DNA of 32,000 bases from Acaryochloris marina S15 (GTDB taxonomy: Bacteria > Cyanobacteriota > Cyanobacteriia > Thermosynechococcales > Thermosynechococcaceae), in the NCBI RefSeq assembly GCF_018336915.1, contig NZ_CP064923.1, forward strand, positions 120,001 through 152,000. The letters are read 5' to 3'. The position numbers and the translations under genes are program-made. Under the pieces are notes generated by a model. It worked only from the letters and a program-made list of their open reading frames with translations, was not told the origin of the DNA and searched no databases. Numbering within the stretch: the stretch's first letter is position 1; every line of letters begins with the position of its first letter. This document shows, one piece after another, positions 20,377 through 27,497 of the stretch.

Positions 20377-20398
20377 CATTATTAACTAGGAATAATAG
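20377..20398. promoter_or_regulatory. Weak Fur-box-like inverted repeat just upstream of TBDT2
   Basis: CATTATTaactaggAATAATAg with 6/7 complementary arms, 18-39 nt upstream of ATG 20359. It resembles the other copies less closely. Confidence 0.25.
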
Positions 20399-20417
20399 GG
20401 GATCTGTCCTCTCAACA

Positions 20418-20459
20418 TCTTTGTGAGACGGACTTTTTTCTTTGCGATACGGACTTTTT
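20418..20459 (-). promoter_or_regulatory. Two tandem 21-bp direct repeats (candidate AraC-type operator) upstream of TBDT2
   Basis: In gene orientation: AAAAAGTCCGTATCGCAAAGA (20459-20439) followed by AAAAAGTCCGTCTCACAAAGA (20438-20418). They are 19/21 identical with a period of exactly 21 bp. The proximal copy ends 58 nt before ATG 20359. Confidence 0.5.
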
Positions 20460-20595
20460 AAAATCGGAACCGTTTCATAAAGATGAATGACACAATCACT
20501 CTTGGCTAACTCAGTTCTCGAGAATGCCTGGAAGGCAGAAATTGCTTTATGGGCATAGACTAAAATTGTGGTTTATATAGCAGTCGCCACTCTAA

Positions 20596-20972
20596 TTAGG
20601 ACGCTAGGTACAACACATGTTCCATTGCTTCTCTAAGTGAACTGAAGTGCTCTAATTGGTGTCTAATTCGACTTTTAATCCAAGCCCACGACCGTTCAAT
20701 CTTATTCAAATCAGGAGAATAGGGTGGCAAGTACCACACTTCACATCCTGCGGCTTCTACCAGTTGCTCAATTCGCCCTCCCTTATGGAAGGTGGCATTA
20801 TCAATGACTAACTTCTGCCCCGGTTTGAGCATCGGTATCAAACAAGTCTCAAGCCAAATTTCAAATACGGTGCGATTGCAAGCCCCTTCAATCGTGAACG
20901 GGGCCATGAGCTGCTTTCCTCTCAAAGCTGCAATCATATTGACTCGTCCACTTCTGCTACCAGACTTTAAAG
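20596..20972 (-). pseudogene. C-terminal part of the disrupted IS630-family transposase
   Basis: Reads ...ALKSGSRSGRVNMIAALRGKQ...DNATFHKG...LPPYSPDLNKIERSWAWIKSRIR, the DDE/D region. The reading continues from 23974-23980 (…GERVYAL|KSGS…). Confidence 0.8.
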
Positions 20973-20990
20973 CCTACATTCAGCAGGCTA

Positions 20991-22224
20991 TAGATCTTCA
21001 GAAAAGCATCCGTGGTTTTAGCGACACTACATCTTCATTAAATATAGTAACTAGCTCCTGATACTCTTAGCTCTGGCAAGGATTTCAAGATTATCAGAGG
21101 TCATCCAGTATGCTCGCACAATTCAAACTGCGCTTTACCCAATCAACACGCAAAAAGATTGAAGCTAAACTGCGCCAGGCATACGGGAGTCAGAATTTAC
21201 GTCTGGTCAAACGTATTAGTGCTTTATTGCAGCTTGGTCAAGGTGGTTCAGTGGCACAGGTAGCTGAAACATTGGCACTAGGCGAACAAACGATCAGGGA
21301 TTATCTGCATGCATTTCTAAAACGAGGTATCGCTAGCTTTAGATACAAAGCGTCTCAAGGACGTCGCAGCAAACTCACTCCACGGCAACGACAACAGCTC
21401 AAGTCATGGATTAAAGCAGGTCCGCTCAAAGCTGGATACGAGTGTGGTTGTTGGAGTGCATTAATGGTTCAAGACCTGATTGCGAAACGCTTCAATGTTT
21501 CCTATCATCCCCATTATGTGAGTACTCTACTGAGGAACTTAGGCTTTTCATTTCAAAGAGCACGGTTTGTTGCAGCTCATCTCAATGAAGCCAAGCGACA
21601 AGAATGGATGACACACAAATGGCCTGAGATTTTGCGTTTATCAGCAGCCAAAGATGCCCTAATTTTATTTGGGGATGAGGCCAGTTTTGCGCAGTGGGGG
21701 TCGTTAAGCTACACCTGGAGTCTTCGTGGAGACCAGCCAACATTGCCCACCAGTGGTAAACGGAAGGCTTACAAGGTGTTTGGATTAATTGATTATCATT
21801 CTGGTCAGTTCTTCTATCAAGGTCAGACGGGACGCTTCAATTCTGAAGGGTATACTGCTTTTCTAACTCAAGTACTCCAGCAGACTCACAAGCATATTAT
21901 TCTCATTCAGGACGGGGCTAGATATCACACCAGTAAAGCAACTAAGCAGTTCTTTGACCAGCAATCCGCTCGCCTTACTCCTTTCCAATTACCCACATAT
22001 TCTCCTGACTTCAACCCAATTGAATTCTTGTGGAAGAAACTCAAAAAACGCAGCACACACCTACGGTTCTTCAAGCAATTTGATGACTTAGTTCAGCAGG
22101 TCGATGAGGGGCTACTGTACTTTAGTCAGACTCCCAATGAAATTACTGTCTTAATGGGCAAATATTGCAAAACCTTGGGTACACAAGCTGCCTAGCTAAT
22201 CACGGATCTTTATCTGTAGATCTA
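20991..22224 (+). mobile_element. Intact-looking IS630-family element (1234 bp), inserted at a TA 17 bp inside the left end of the IS1634-like element
   Basis: IRs are TAGATCTTCAGAAAAGCATCCGTGG (20991-) and the reverse complement of the right end, TAGATCTACAGATAAAGATCCGTGA (-22224). TA sits at 20989-20990 and 22225-22226. Confidence 0.75.
21110..22195 (+). CDS. IS630-family DDE transposase (single ORF)
   Basis: 361 aa. N-terminal HTH regions, then LFGDEASF, IQDGARYHTS and LPTYSPDFNPIEFLWKKLKK. Confidence 0.85.
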   Translation: MLAQFKLRFTQSTRKKIEAKLRQAYGSQNLRLVKRISALLQLGQGGSVAQVAETLALGEQTIRDYLHAFLKRGIASFRYKASQGRRSKLTPRQRQQLKSWIKAGPLKAGYECGCWSALMVQDLIAKRFNVSYHPHYVSTLLRNLGFSFQRARFVAAHLNEAKRQEWMTHKWPEILRLSAAKDALILFGDEASFAQWGSLSYTWSLRGDQPTLPTSGKRKAYKVFGLIDYHSGQFFYQGQTGRFNSEGYTAFLTQVLQQTHKHIILIQDGARYHTSKATKQFFDQQSARLTPFQLPTYSPDFNPIEFLWKKLKKRSTHLRFFKQFDDLVQQVDEGLLYFSQTPNEITVLMGKYCKTLGTQAA

Positions 22225-22227
22225 TAG

Positions 22228-23910
22228 CTAGCAGAGCAGATAATATTTTTTACAGCCCTTCCCAAGGAACGGCAAGATAAGTTGCTGCCTGCTGTTGAGC
22301 TTGATGAGATGCTTGGCACCATCAAGCCAAACTAAATGGACGGCCTGAAAGCATTGGAGAATCCAACGTAACGTAGGTTTCATAGTTTGTTTCCCCTTCT
22401 GATTAGGGAGAGTTGTTTGTACTTGTTCTAGTGCATTTCTTAACTGTCGTTGTCCTAAGCTGTAGACCATCAAACACAAGGCCATGATCATGGCTAAGGC
22501 AGCGATACGCCGAGGTGTCTTCAGGAAAACACTAGAGGCAAAGAAGAGTGGATCTTTGATAAAGCGAAAGCCTCCTTCACACGCCTGCTGGTTCTTATAC
22601 TCGCGCAGAATATCATCATTGCTCCATTGCTCTTGTTCCAAGAGATTGGTGGCTAAGATGAAACGACCTGCTTGCCGCCGATAGCGTTCGATGACTGGCT
22701 CATTGAGGGTTAAGGTAGCCTCAATAGAATAGGTGTAGTGAGTCACAACCGTTGCTTTTGTCGGTCGTCCAGCCTTTGAATAATGAGGTTTTTTGTGGAT
22801 TTTGAGATCGTCAAGGGTGTGATACCTGAGGATTTTGCCAAAATCTTGGGCTGCAGCTAAAGCATCTGCAGGGCACAAGAAGGTCTGTTTGCAGAGGGTT
22901 TTAAGTGCAGTAGTTTTTTGGCTAAACGCCTGATCAATCCGCTTTTGCACTTGTTTGAGTCCAGAGTCTCTGCGAGCTTTACTTTCAACCACCAGCCACC
23001 GTTGTTGAATCTCTCCATAGGTACTACATACTTCGACAAAGCTATAGCCGTTGAGAGCACTGGGGTGAAACTGTGAACCCGGCAGCCCTTGTAATAAGTC
23101 TTGGGCTGCCGTTGAACTTGCTGGAACTCGGCTAATCCAAGATGTACTTCCTAATGCTTGCAGATTGTCGGCACTGTAGAGGGCACTATCAGCAACAATC
23201 ACCTCTGGCTGTTGCTGACTCCACTGTTGCTTAAATTCATGGATGATAGGCACAAACGTACTTTTGTCCGCATCATTACCGTTGCCCACTTGTAAAAATA
23301 AAGGAATACCCCCGTCCCCACTCACCAGTAGGTTCAATACAAACTGCTTGAGATCACGACGATTGTCCCGTGAGTAGCCGTAGGTGATTTTCACGGGTAT
23401 CGGCTCCTCTGATTCAGCCAGTGCAGGGGAGGGGGACTCAGGTGCAGAGGGGGATTCGTCTGACGCCTCAACCTGTGGTTTATCTAAGTATTGCCCCTCA
23501 ACACTAAGGCTTGTCGCATCTAGATGCGCACACCTTAGAGCTACATCGAATTTCTGAACGACTGCCATTGCCACATGGATAAATATCTGGGTCACACCAT
23601 AGGCATAGAGCTTGTCGAGGACTCGACCGATACGGGTATCGTTGAGGTGCTCTGGCAGTACACCTTGACCGAGTAAGTGCTCGGTTGCTTTGCTTTCGAA
23701 AAACTCACTAAATAAGTACAATGGAGCACTCAAAAAGCCCATACCATTTAGAATCAGGGCTTTGACAACTTGACCACAACTAATATTCTCTTGCTCGTGA
23801 GTACCTAATAATCGATCCACTATTTCGACAATGCCGATCTCATCGACGATACCGGCAATAATACCGAGATGGTCAATATCCTGAACGTCTATCTCTTGAG
23901 GTGAATACAT
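22228..23910 (-). CDS. IS1634-family (IS4-related) DDE transposase
   Basis: 560 aa. The N-terminus IDHLGIIAGIVDEIGIVEIVDRLLG is the DUF4277-like start that I associate with IS1634-family enzymes. Also VIVADSALYS and YKNQQACEGGFRFIK (YREK-like region). Confidence 0.65.
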   Translation of the reverse strand: MYSPQEIDVQDIDHLGIIAGIVDEIGIVEIVDRLLGTHEQENISCGQVVKALILNGMGFLSAPLYLFSEFFESKATEHLLGQGVLPEHLNDTRIGRVLDKLYAYGVTQIFIHVAMAVVQKFDVALRCAHLDATSLSVEGQYLDKPQVEASDESPSAPESPSPALAESEEPIPVKITYGYSRDNRRDLKQFVLNLLVSGDGGIPLFLQVGNGNDADKSTFVPIIHEFKQQWSQQQPEVIVADSALYSADNLQALGSTSWISRVPASSTAAQDLLQGLPGSQFHPSALNGYSFVEVCSTYGEIQQRWLVVESKARRDSGLKQVQKRIDQAFSQKTTALKTLCKQTFLCPADALAAAQDFGKILRYHTLDDLKIHKKPHYSKAGRPTKATVVTHYTYSIEATLTLNEPVIERYRRQAGRFILATNLLEQEQWSNDDILREYKNQQACEGGFRFIKDPLFFASSVFLKTPRRIAALAMIMALCLMVYSLGQRQLRNALEQVQTTLPNQKGKQTMKPTLRWILQCFQAVHLVWLDGAKHLIKLNSRQQLILPFLGKGCKKYYLLC

Positions 23911-23973
23911 GGACTTGCGTTGAGAGACAACCTCAAAATTATCCCTTGATGGTTAGTACCTGCTGAATGTCGG

Positions 23974-24477
23974 TTAAAGCATAGACCCGCTCACCTTTGG
24001 GACCATAGCCATAGTCATACTCATCTCGATTGTCCATCCCTGACTCGTCAGCATAGACGATATCGTCTGGGTCTACTGTTGTTAACTTTTGGACGAACTC
24101 AGCCCGTTTGTGCTCATCACGTTGGCGGTAGCCATAGGTCTTTTTTTTCGAGTAAATCCAATATTCTTCAGCGCTCTTGAAATAGTACGCTCACTGATTT
24201 GCCCCTCCCACAACTCGGCCATCTGAGCTTGGGTTTTATAGCGATGTTCTTGAGCAAAAGCTCGAAACTTGTCCCAGTCTGTGATTTTGTGGCTATGGCC
24301 AAGGTGTTGTCTAGGGATGGGATGAAGATCACCTGTTTCTGCTTTGAGACGTTGCCATAGATTAATGGTGTTACGACTGATATGAAAGGTGTCACTCGCT
24401 TCTGAGGGAGGCATGCCATCAAGTTCAATAGCATCGATCACTTTGCAACGTAAATCGTAGCTGTAGATTTTAGGCAT
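23974..24477 (-). pseudogene. N-terminal part of the disrupted IS630-family transposase (HTH ORF plus a -1 frame continuation)
   Basis: ORF 24082-24477 (MPKIYSYDLRCKVIDAIELDG...) ends soon after an A8 run (T8 on the plus strand, 24141-24148). The -1 frame continues KKKTYGYRQRDEHKRAEFVQKLTTVDPDDIVYADESGMDNRDEYDYGYGPKGERVYAL. Confidence 0.75.
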
Positions 24478-24560
24478 CCATTGAAAGACATAACAGTATC
24501 TCTAGTTTATTATGTCCTGAATAAAATGGCGCTTGCTATACTTCTCGTCGTATAACTCCC

Positions 24561-24794
24561 ATGACATTAAAGGAAATACAGCAAGCCATTGACCAATTGT
24601 CGGCTGAAGAGCAATTTGTATTGCTAGAAAATCTCATTCAAACTCTGAAAGTAAAACAAAAATCTCCCATTGACCGTCATGCACTAGTTAACCAGCTACA
24701 AGGTTGTCTCAATCGGCCTGGTCAGTCGATACCTTCAGATACTGAGCTTGAGTCAATGCGAGAAGAACGACTGATGGAGAAATATCTTGCGTGA
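24561..24794 (+). CDS. Putative type II antitoxin (partner of the PIN protein; family unclear)
   Basis: 77 aa and helical (MTLKEIQQAIDQLSAEEQFVLLENLIQTLK). Its stop TGA overlaps the GTG start of the downstream PIN gene (GTGA at 24791-24794). Confidence 0.5.
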   Translation: MTLKEIQQAIDQLSAEEQFVLLENLIQTLKVKQKSPIDRHALVNQLQGCLNRPGQSIPSDTELESMREERLMEKYLA

Positions 24795-25213
24795 GAGTGT
24801 TATTGGATACAAACATCATTCTCGACTTCTTTCTGGAGCGAAAGCCATTTTTTGAGGATGTATTCAAGCTATTTGATGCGATTGCCGATCAAAAAGTTGA
24901 AGGTTTCGTTACAGCATCTAGCATTACCGACATTTTCTACATCTGTAGACGACAAACGCAGAATCTTGAAGAAGCTAGACAAATCCTCATCACCACCCTT
25001 TCTCTTTTAGATATTTGTCCAGTTGATTTCTCTATTCTTGAAACAGCTCTCAAATCTGGTTTAGCTGATTTTGAAGGTGCCGTTCAAATTGTCTGTGCTG
25101 AAGTACAGAATTTAGACGCGATCATTACTCGCAATCCCAAAGACTTCCGAACAGCCCGCATCTCTGTACTTTCTACTCATCAAATCCTAGAACAGCTTGA
25201 TGCTGAATTTTAG
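24791..25213 (+). CDS. vapC: PIN-domain (VapC-like) toxin
   Basis: 140 aa. MRVLLDTNIILDF carries the first PIN acidic residue. Also SSITDIFY and ...LADFEGAVQIVCAEVQNLDAIITRNPKDF. Confidence 0.7.
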   Translation: MRVLLDTNIILDFFLERKPFFEDVFKLFDAIADQKVEGFVTASSITDIFYICRRQTQNLEEARQILITTLSLLDICPVDFSILETALKSGLADFEGAVQIVCAEVQNLDAIITRNPKDFRTARISVLSTHQILEQLDAEF

Positions 25214-25277
25214 AGAGTAAACAGACGGTTTTTTGCCAATAGAAGATACGATTTACCAATAATGTTCTAGTGCATCG

Positions 25278-25973
25278 TCAATATTTAATTTTAGGGTAGA
25301 TAGAAGTGAGCTTACACCTGGCATCTTCAATGTTCATTTGCCAATCCACACCGCGTTGCGAGTGGTTCACATCAATCGGCCATGCTTGAACTTCATCTTT
25401 TAGAGTTTCAATCGTCCCAAAGCGCCTCCTATCAATACACTGTCGAGTCATTGCACTCAGTTCGTTTTCGGCCACGTTCAGCCAACTGCCATGCTTAGGG
25501 GTGTAGCAAAAGTGGATGCGTTGAACGAACCGCCGGGCACGCTCAGGCTCGAACACCTCATAGAAAGCCCCTTTGGTATGGGTGTTGAGATTGTCACAGG
25601 TGAGTATGACTTGTGGGCATTGTGCATAGCGTCCTTCCATTAAGACTGCGACTTCACTGGCCCAATCGATTTTTGTTCGCCGCTCACGAACAGTTGCTTG
25701 TCGCCACCCCGCTAAAGGTTCGCTAAACATGAAGATATTGGCGGTACCTGCACGCTCGTACTCATAATCAACCCGCTTAGGGTGTTGAGCGGTGGCTGGA
25801 ATAGGGCACTTGATTTCTTTGTGGAGTTGGACAGGCTGTTCGTCCATACAAATCACCGGACAACTTGGGTCATAAGGCTGAGCATACACTTCCAGCACTT
25901 CTTCCATCTGAGCAACGAACTCTCCATCTGCTTCAGGCGGAATCACCCAGTACTCAATCTTGCGGTTGGTCAT
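25278..25973 (-). CDS. IS630-family transposase, catalytic (DDE) part (orfB)
   Basis: 231 aa with ICMDEQPVQLH, LTCDNLNTHTKGAF and YTPKHGSWLNVAENELS. Confidence 0.85.
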   Translation of the reverse strand: MTNRKIEYWVIPPEADGEFVAQMEEVLEVYAQPYDPSCPVICMDEQPVQLHKEIKCPIPATAQHPKRVDYEYERAGTANIFMFSEPLAGWRQATVRERRTKIDWASEVAVLMEGRYAQCPQVILTCDNLNTHTKGAFYEVFEPERARRFVQRIHFCYTPKHGSWLNVAENELSAMTRQCIDRRRFGTIETLKDEVQAWPIDVNHSQRGVDWQMNIEDARCKLTSIYPKIKY

Positions 25974-26413
25974 CCCGTTTTTTTCAGAGTCTGACGAACC
26001 GTTTCATGGCTGACAGATTCTACGATACCTAGTTCTACAACTTTGCGTGCCAGCAAGCGCAATGACCAATTCCCGTAGCCTTTAGGAGGGCTGCCTAATC
26101 GCATGGCAATGACTTGAGCTTCCTGCTCACCATCGAGTAACTTACTGCGAGGTGCTCTGACACGTTGGGCACCGTTAAGGGTTTCCTCACATCCTCTCTC
26201 TACAAGACGTTTACGAATGTTCTCAACTGTTTTAACTCGACAAGAATAAGCATCTGAAATGCGTTCATCGGTCCAATTTGGCCCGTCGGCATTTGCTTTC
26301 AAAAGAATTTGAGCACGTCGTACTTTTTGGCTGCTGCCCTTGAGCTTTTTGATGACGGCTTGCAGATGGTTCTGCTCATCTTCACTCAGTCGGACAATAT
26401 ATTTTTTCGGCAT
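25970..26413 (-). CDS. IS630-family transposase, HTH DNA-binding part (orfA)
   Basis: 147 aa. It ends ...TLKKTG* just after an A7 run (T7 on the plus strand, 25978-25984). A -1 shift there gives ...TLKKNGMTNRKIEYW..., fusing it to orfB. Confidence 0.8.
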   Translation of the reverse strand: MPKKYIVRLSEDEQNHLQAVIKKLKGSSQKVRRAQILLKANADGPNWTDERISDAYSCRVKTVENIRKRLVERGCEETLNGAQRVRAPRSKLLDGEQEAQVIAMRLGSPPKGYGNWSLRLLARKVVELGIVESVSHETVRQTLKKTG

Positions 26414-26491
26414 AGGGATAGGTGTTTTCTCGGTCTGACTGCAATACTGCCACCATTGTTACCTACCCTAATCTTTTAGCTTGACGCTGCA

Positions 26492-27493
26492 CTAGCCTCG
26501 AATATTCAGTTGATATGCTTTGGGACTAACAGAAAATTTACGACGAAATGCTGTGCTAAAAGCTTCAGGATTGCGGTAGCCCACAGACATGGCTACTGCA
26601 GCAATGGAGAGACTGGCATCTGCCAAAAGTTGCTTAGCTTGTCCCAGCCGATAGTCCTGTAAATAACCAAAAACAGTAGTGCCAAATAGTTGGCGAAACC
26701 CCTGTTTTAATTTGCGGTCGTTCAACCCCACTTGATGGGCCAACTCAATTAAGAGAGGTGGATTCTCCGATTGTTGAATCAACAGATCCCGCGCGTGATG
26801 CAAACGTTCAATGTCATCTTTTCGTAGGGTAGGTGCCTGTAGATACTGCTGTTTCCAAGTTTCTAGCTGCAGCGTCAGCAACTCCAATGCTTTACTCTCG
26901 ACATATAAGGCCTGGGTTGCCCCTGTATAAGGACAGTCCACGAGCTGTTGCAGCAGCTGCTCCATATTGGGAGAGATAGGGCCTAAGGATTGGTGAAAGC
27001 GTTGCTGTGACTTTGTACCTTGAAAAATGCTGCGCAAAGGGTTGGGTAGTGCCGGGTCATCTCGTAGAAAGTGAAAGTAATCTGTGTTGGCATAAATCAT
27101 GACCAGATGGATTACTTCTCCCCCATGCCATTCTTCAATCTCTTCCAAGTCTGGCAGGTGATACAGGTAGTTAAACCCTTTTCGCTCAATATAGTCTGGT
27201 TGAATTCCTCTAATCCCTGGTGTCTCCACCCTTGCAGATCCAGACAGAAAAAATTTAGAGGTTAACGGAAATATAGGCTCATGAATTTGTTCAATCCGGA
27301 GGGTTTGTTGCAAAACTCCCTCCCGGATTTCAATGGTTAATCCACCGCGCAGGTGCAACTGGCGATAGGTGCCTTGGCCTAAACTTTTGGGCAGCAGGGT
27401 TGAACGATCTAATCCAGTCCGATCAGACGAGGACTCCATTTGACCTTGCTGACAAAGCTGTGTGAACTCTGCTGCCTTCAGAAAAAGTGCCAT
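26492..27493 (-). CDS. AraC/XylS-family transcriptional regulator, paralog 2
   Basis: The C-terminal HTH reads LAHQVGLNDRKLKQGFRQLFGTTVFGY...VAMSVGYRNPEAFSTAFRRKFSVSPKAY. The track's start at 27508 is a TTG, so ATG 27493 (MALFLKAAEF...) is preferred. The stop TAG (26492-26494) straddles the IS630 junction (last IS base plus the TA). Confidence 0.85.
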   Translation of the reverse strand: MALFLKAAEFTQLCQQGQMESSSDRTGLDRSTLLPKSLGQGTYRQLHLRGGLTIEIREGVLQQTLRIEQIHEPIFPLTSKFFLSGSARVETPGIRGIQPDYIERKGFNYLYHLPDLEEIEEWHGGEVIHLVMIYANTDYFHFLRDDPALPNPLRSIFQGTKSQQRFHQSLGPISPNMEQLLQQLVDCPYTGATQALYVESKALELLTLQLETWKQQYLQAPTLRKDDIERLHHARDLLIQQSENPPLLIELAHQVGLNDRKLKQGFRQLFGTTVFGYLQDYRLGQAKQLLADASLSIAAVAMSVGYRNPEAFSTAFRRKFSVSPKAYQLNIRG

Positions 27494-27497
27494 ATCC

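Larger units (their letters stand above)
20973..23973 (-). mobile_element. IS1634/IS4-like element (about 1765 bp without its passenger), inserted into the IS630 element; 6-7 bp target duplication
   Basis: The ends are CCTACATTCAGCAGG (20973-) and the reverse complement of the right end, CCGACATTCAGCAGG (-23973). TTAAAG(C) is duplicated at 20967-20972(3) and 23974-23979(80). The boundaries are ambiguous by 1 nt. Confidence 0.75.
20578..24538 (-). mobile_element. IS630-family element (ISY100-like size, about 954 bp when reconstructed), disrupted by a nested insertion; flanked by TA
   Basis: Terminal IRs are TAGCAGTCGCCACTCTAATTAGG (20578-) and the reverse complement of the right end, TAGCAAGCGCCATTTTATTCAGG (-24538), matching at 17/23. 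TA dinucleotides sit at 20576-20577 and 24539-24540. The transposase halves join in frame once 20973-23979 is removed. Confidence 0.8.
25270..26492 (-). mobile_element. IS630-family element (1223 bp), two-ORF type, flanked by TA
   Basis: IRs are GTGCATCGTCAAtatttaatttTAGGGTAG (25270-) and the reverse complement of the right end, GTGCAGCGTCAAgctaaaagatTAGGGTAG (-26492). TA sits at 25268-25269 and 26493-26494. Confidence 0.8.

Noticed and set aside
14231-20385. Numerous 60-135 aa ORFs antisense to or out of frame within the MFS, binding-protein and TBDT genes, such as 14231-14518(+), 15779-16027(+), 18550-18795(-) and 19896-20156(+)
   Set aside because: All are nested in long CDSs that have clear family motifs. 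Their translations are low-complexity or Arg/Ser/Cys-rich, as expected for non-coding frames.
24541-25269. The VapBC-like pair plus its flanking IS630 elements as a composite transposon
   Set aside because: The two flanking IS630 elements are unrelated in sequence and ends, and each has its own TA duplication. They are independent insertions, not a matched pair.
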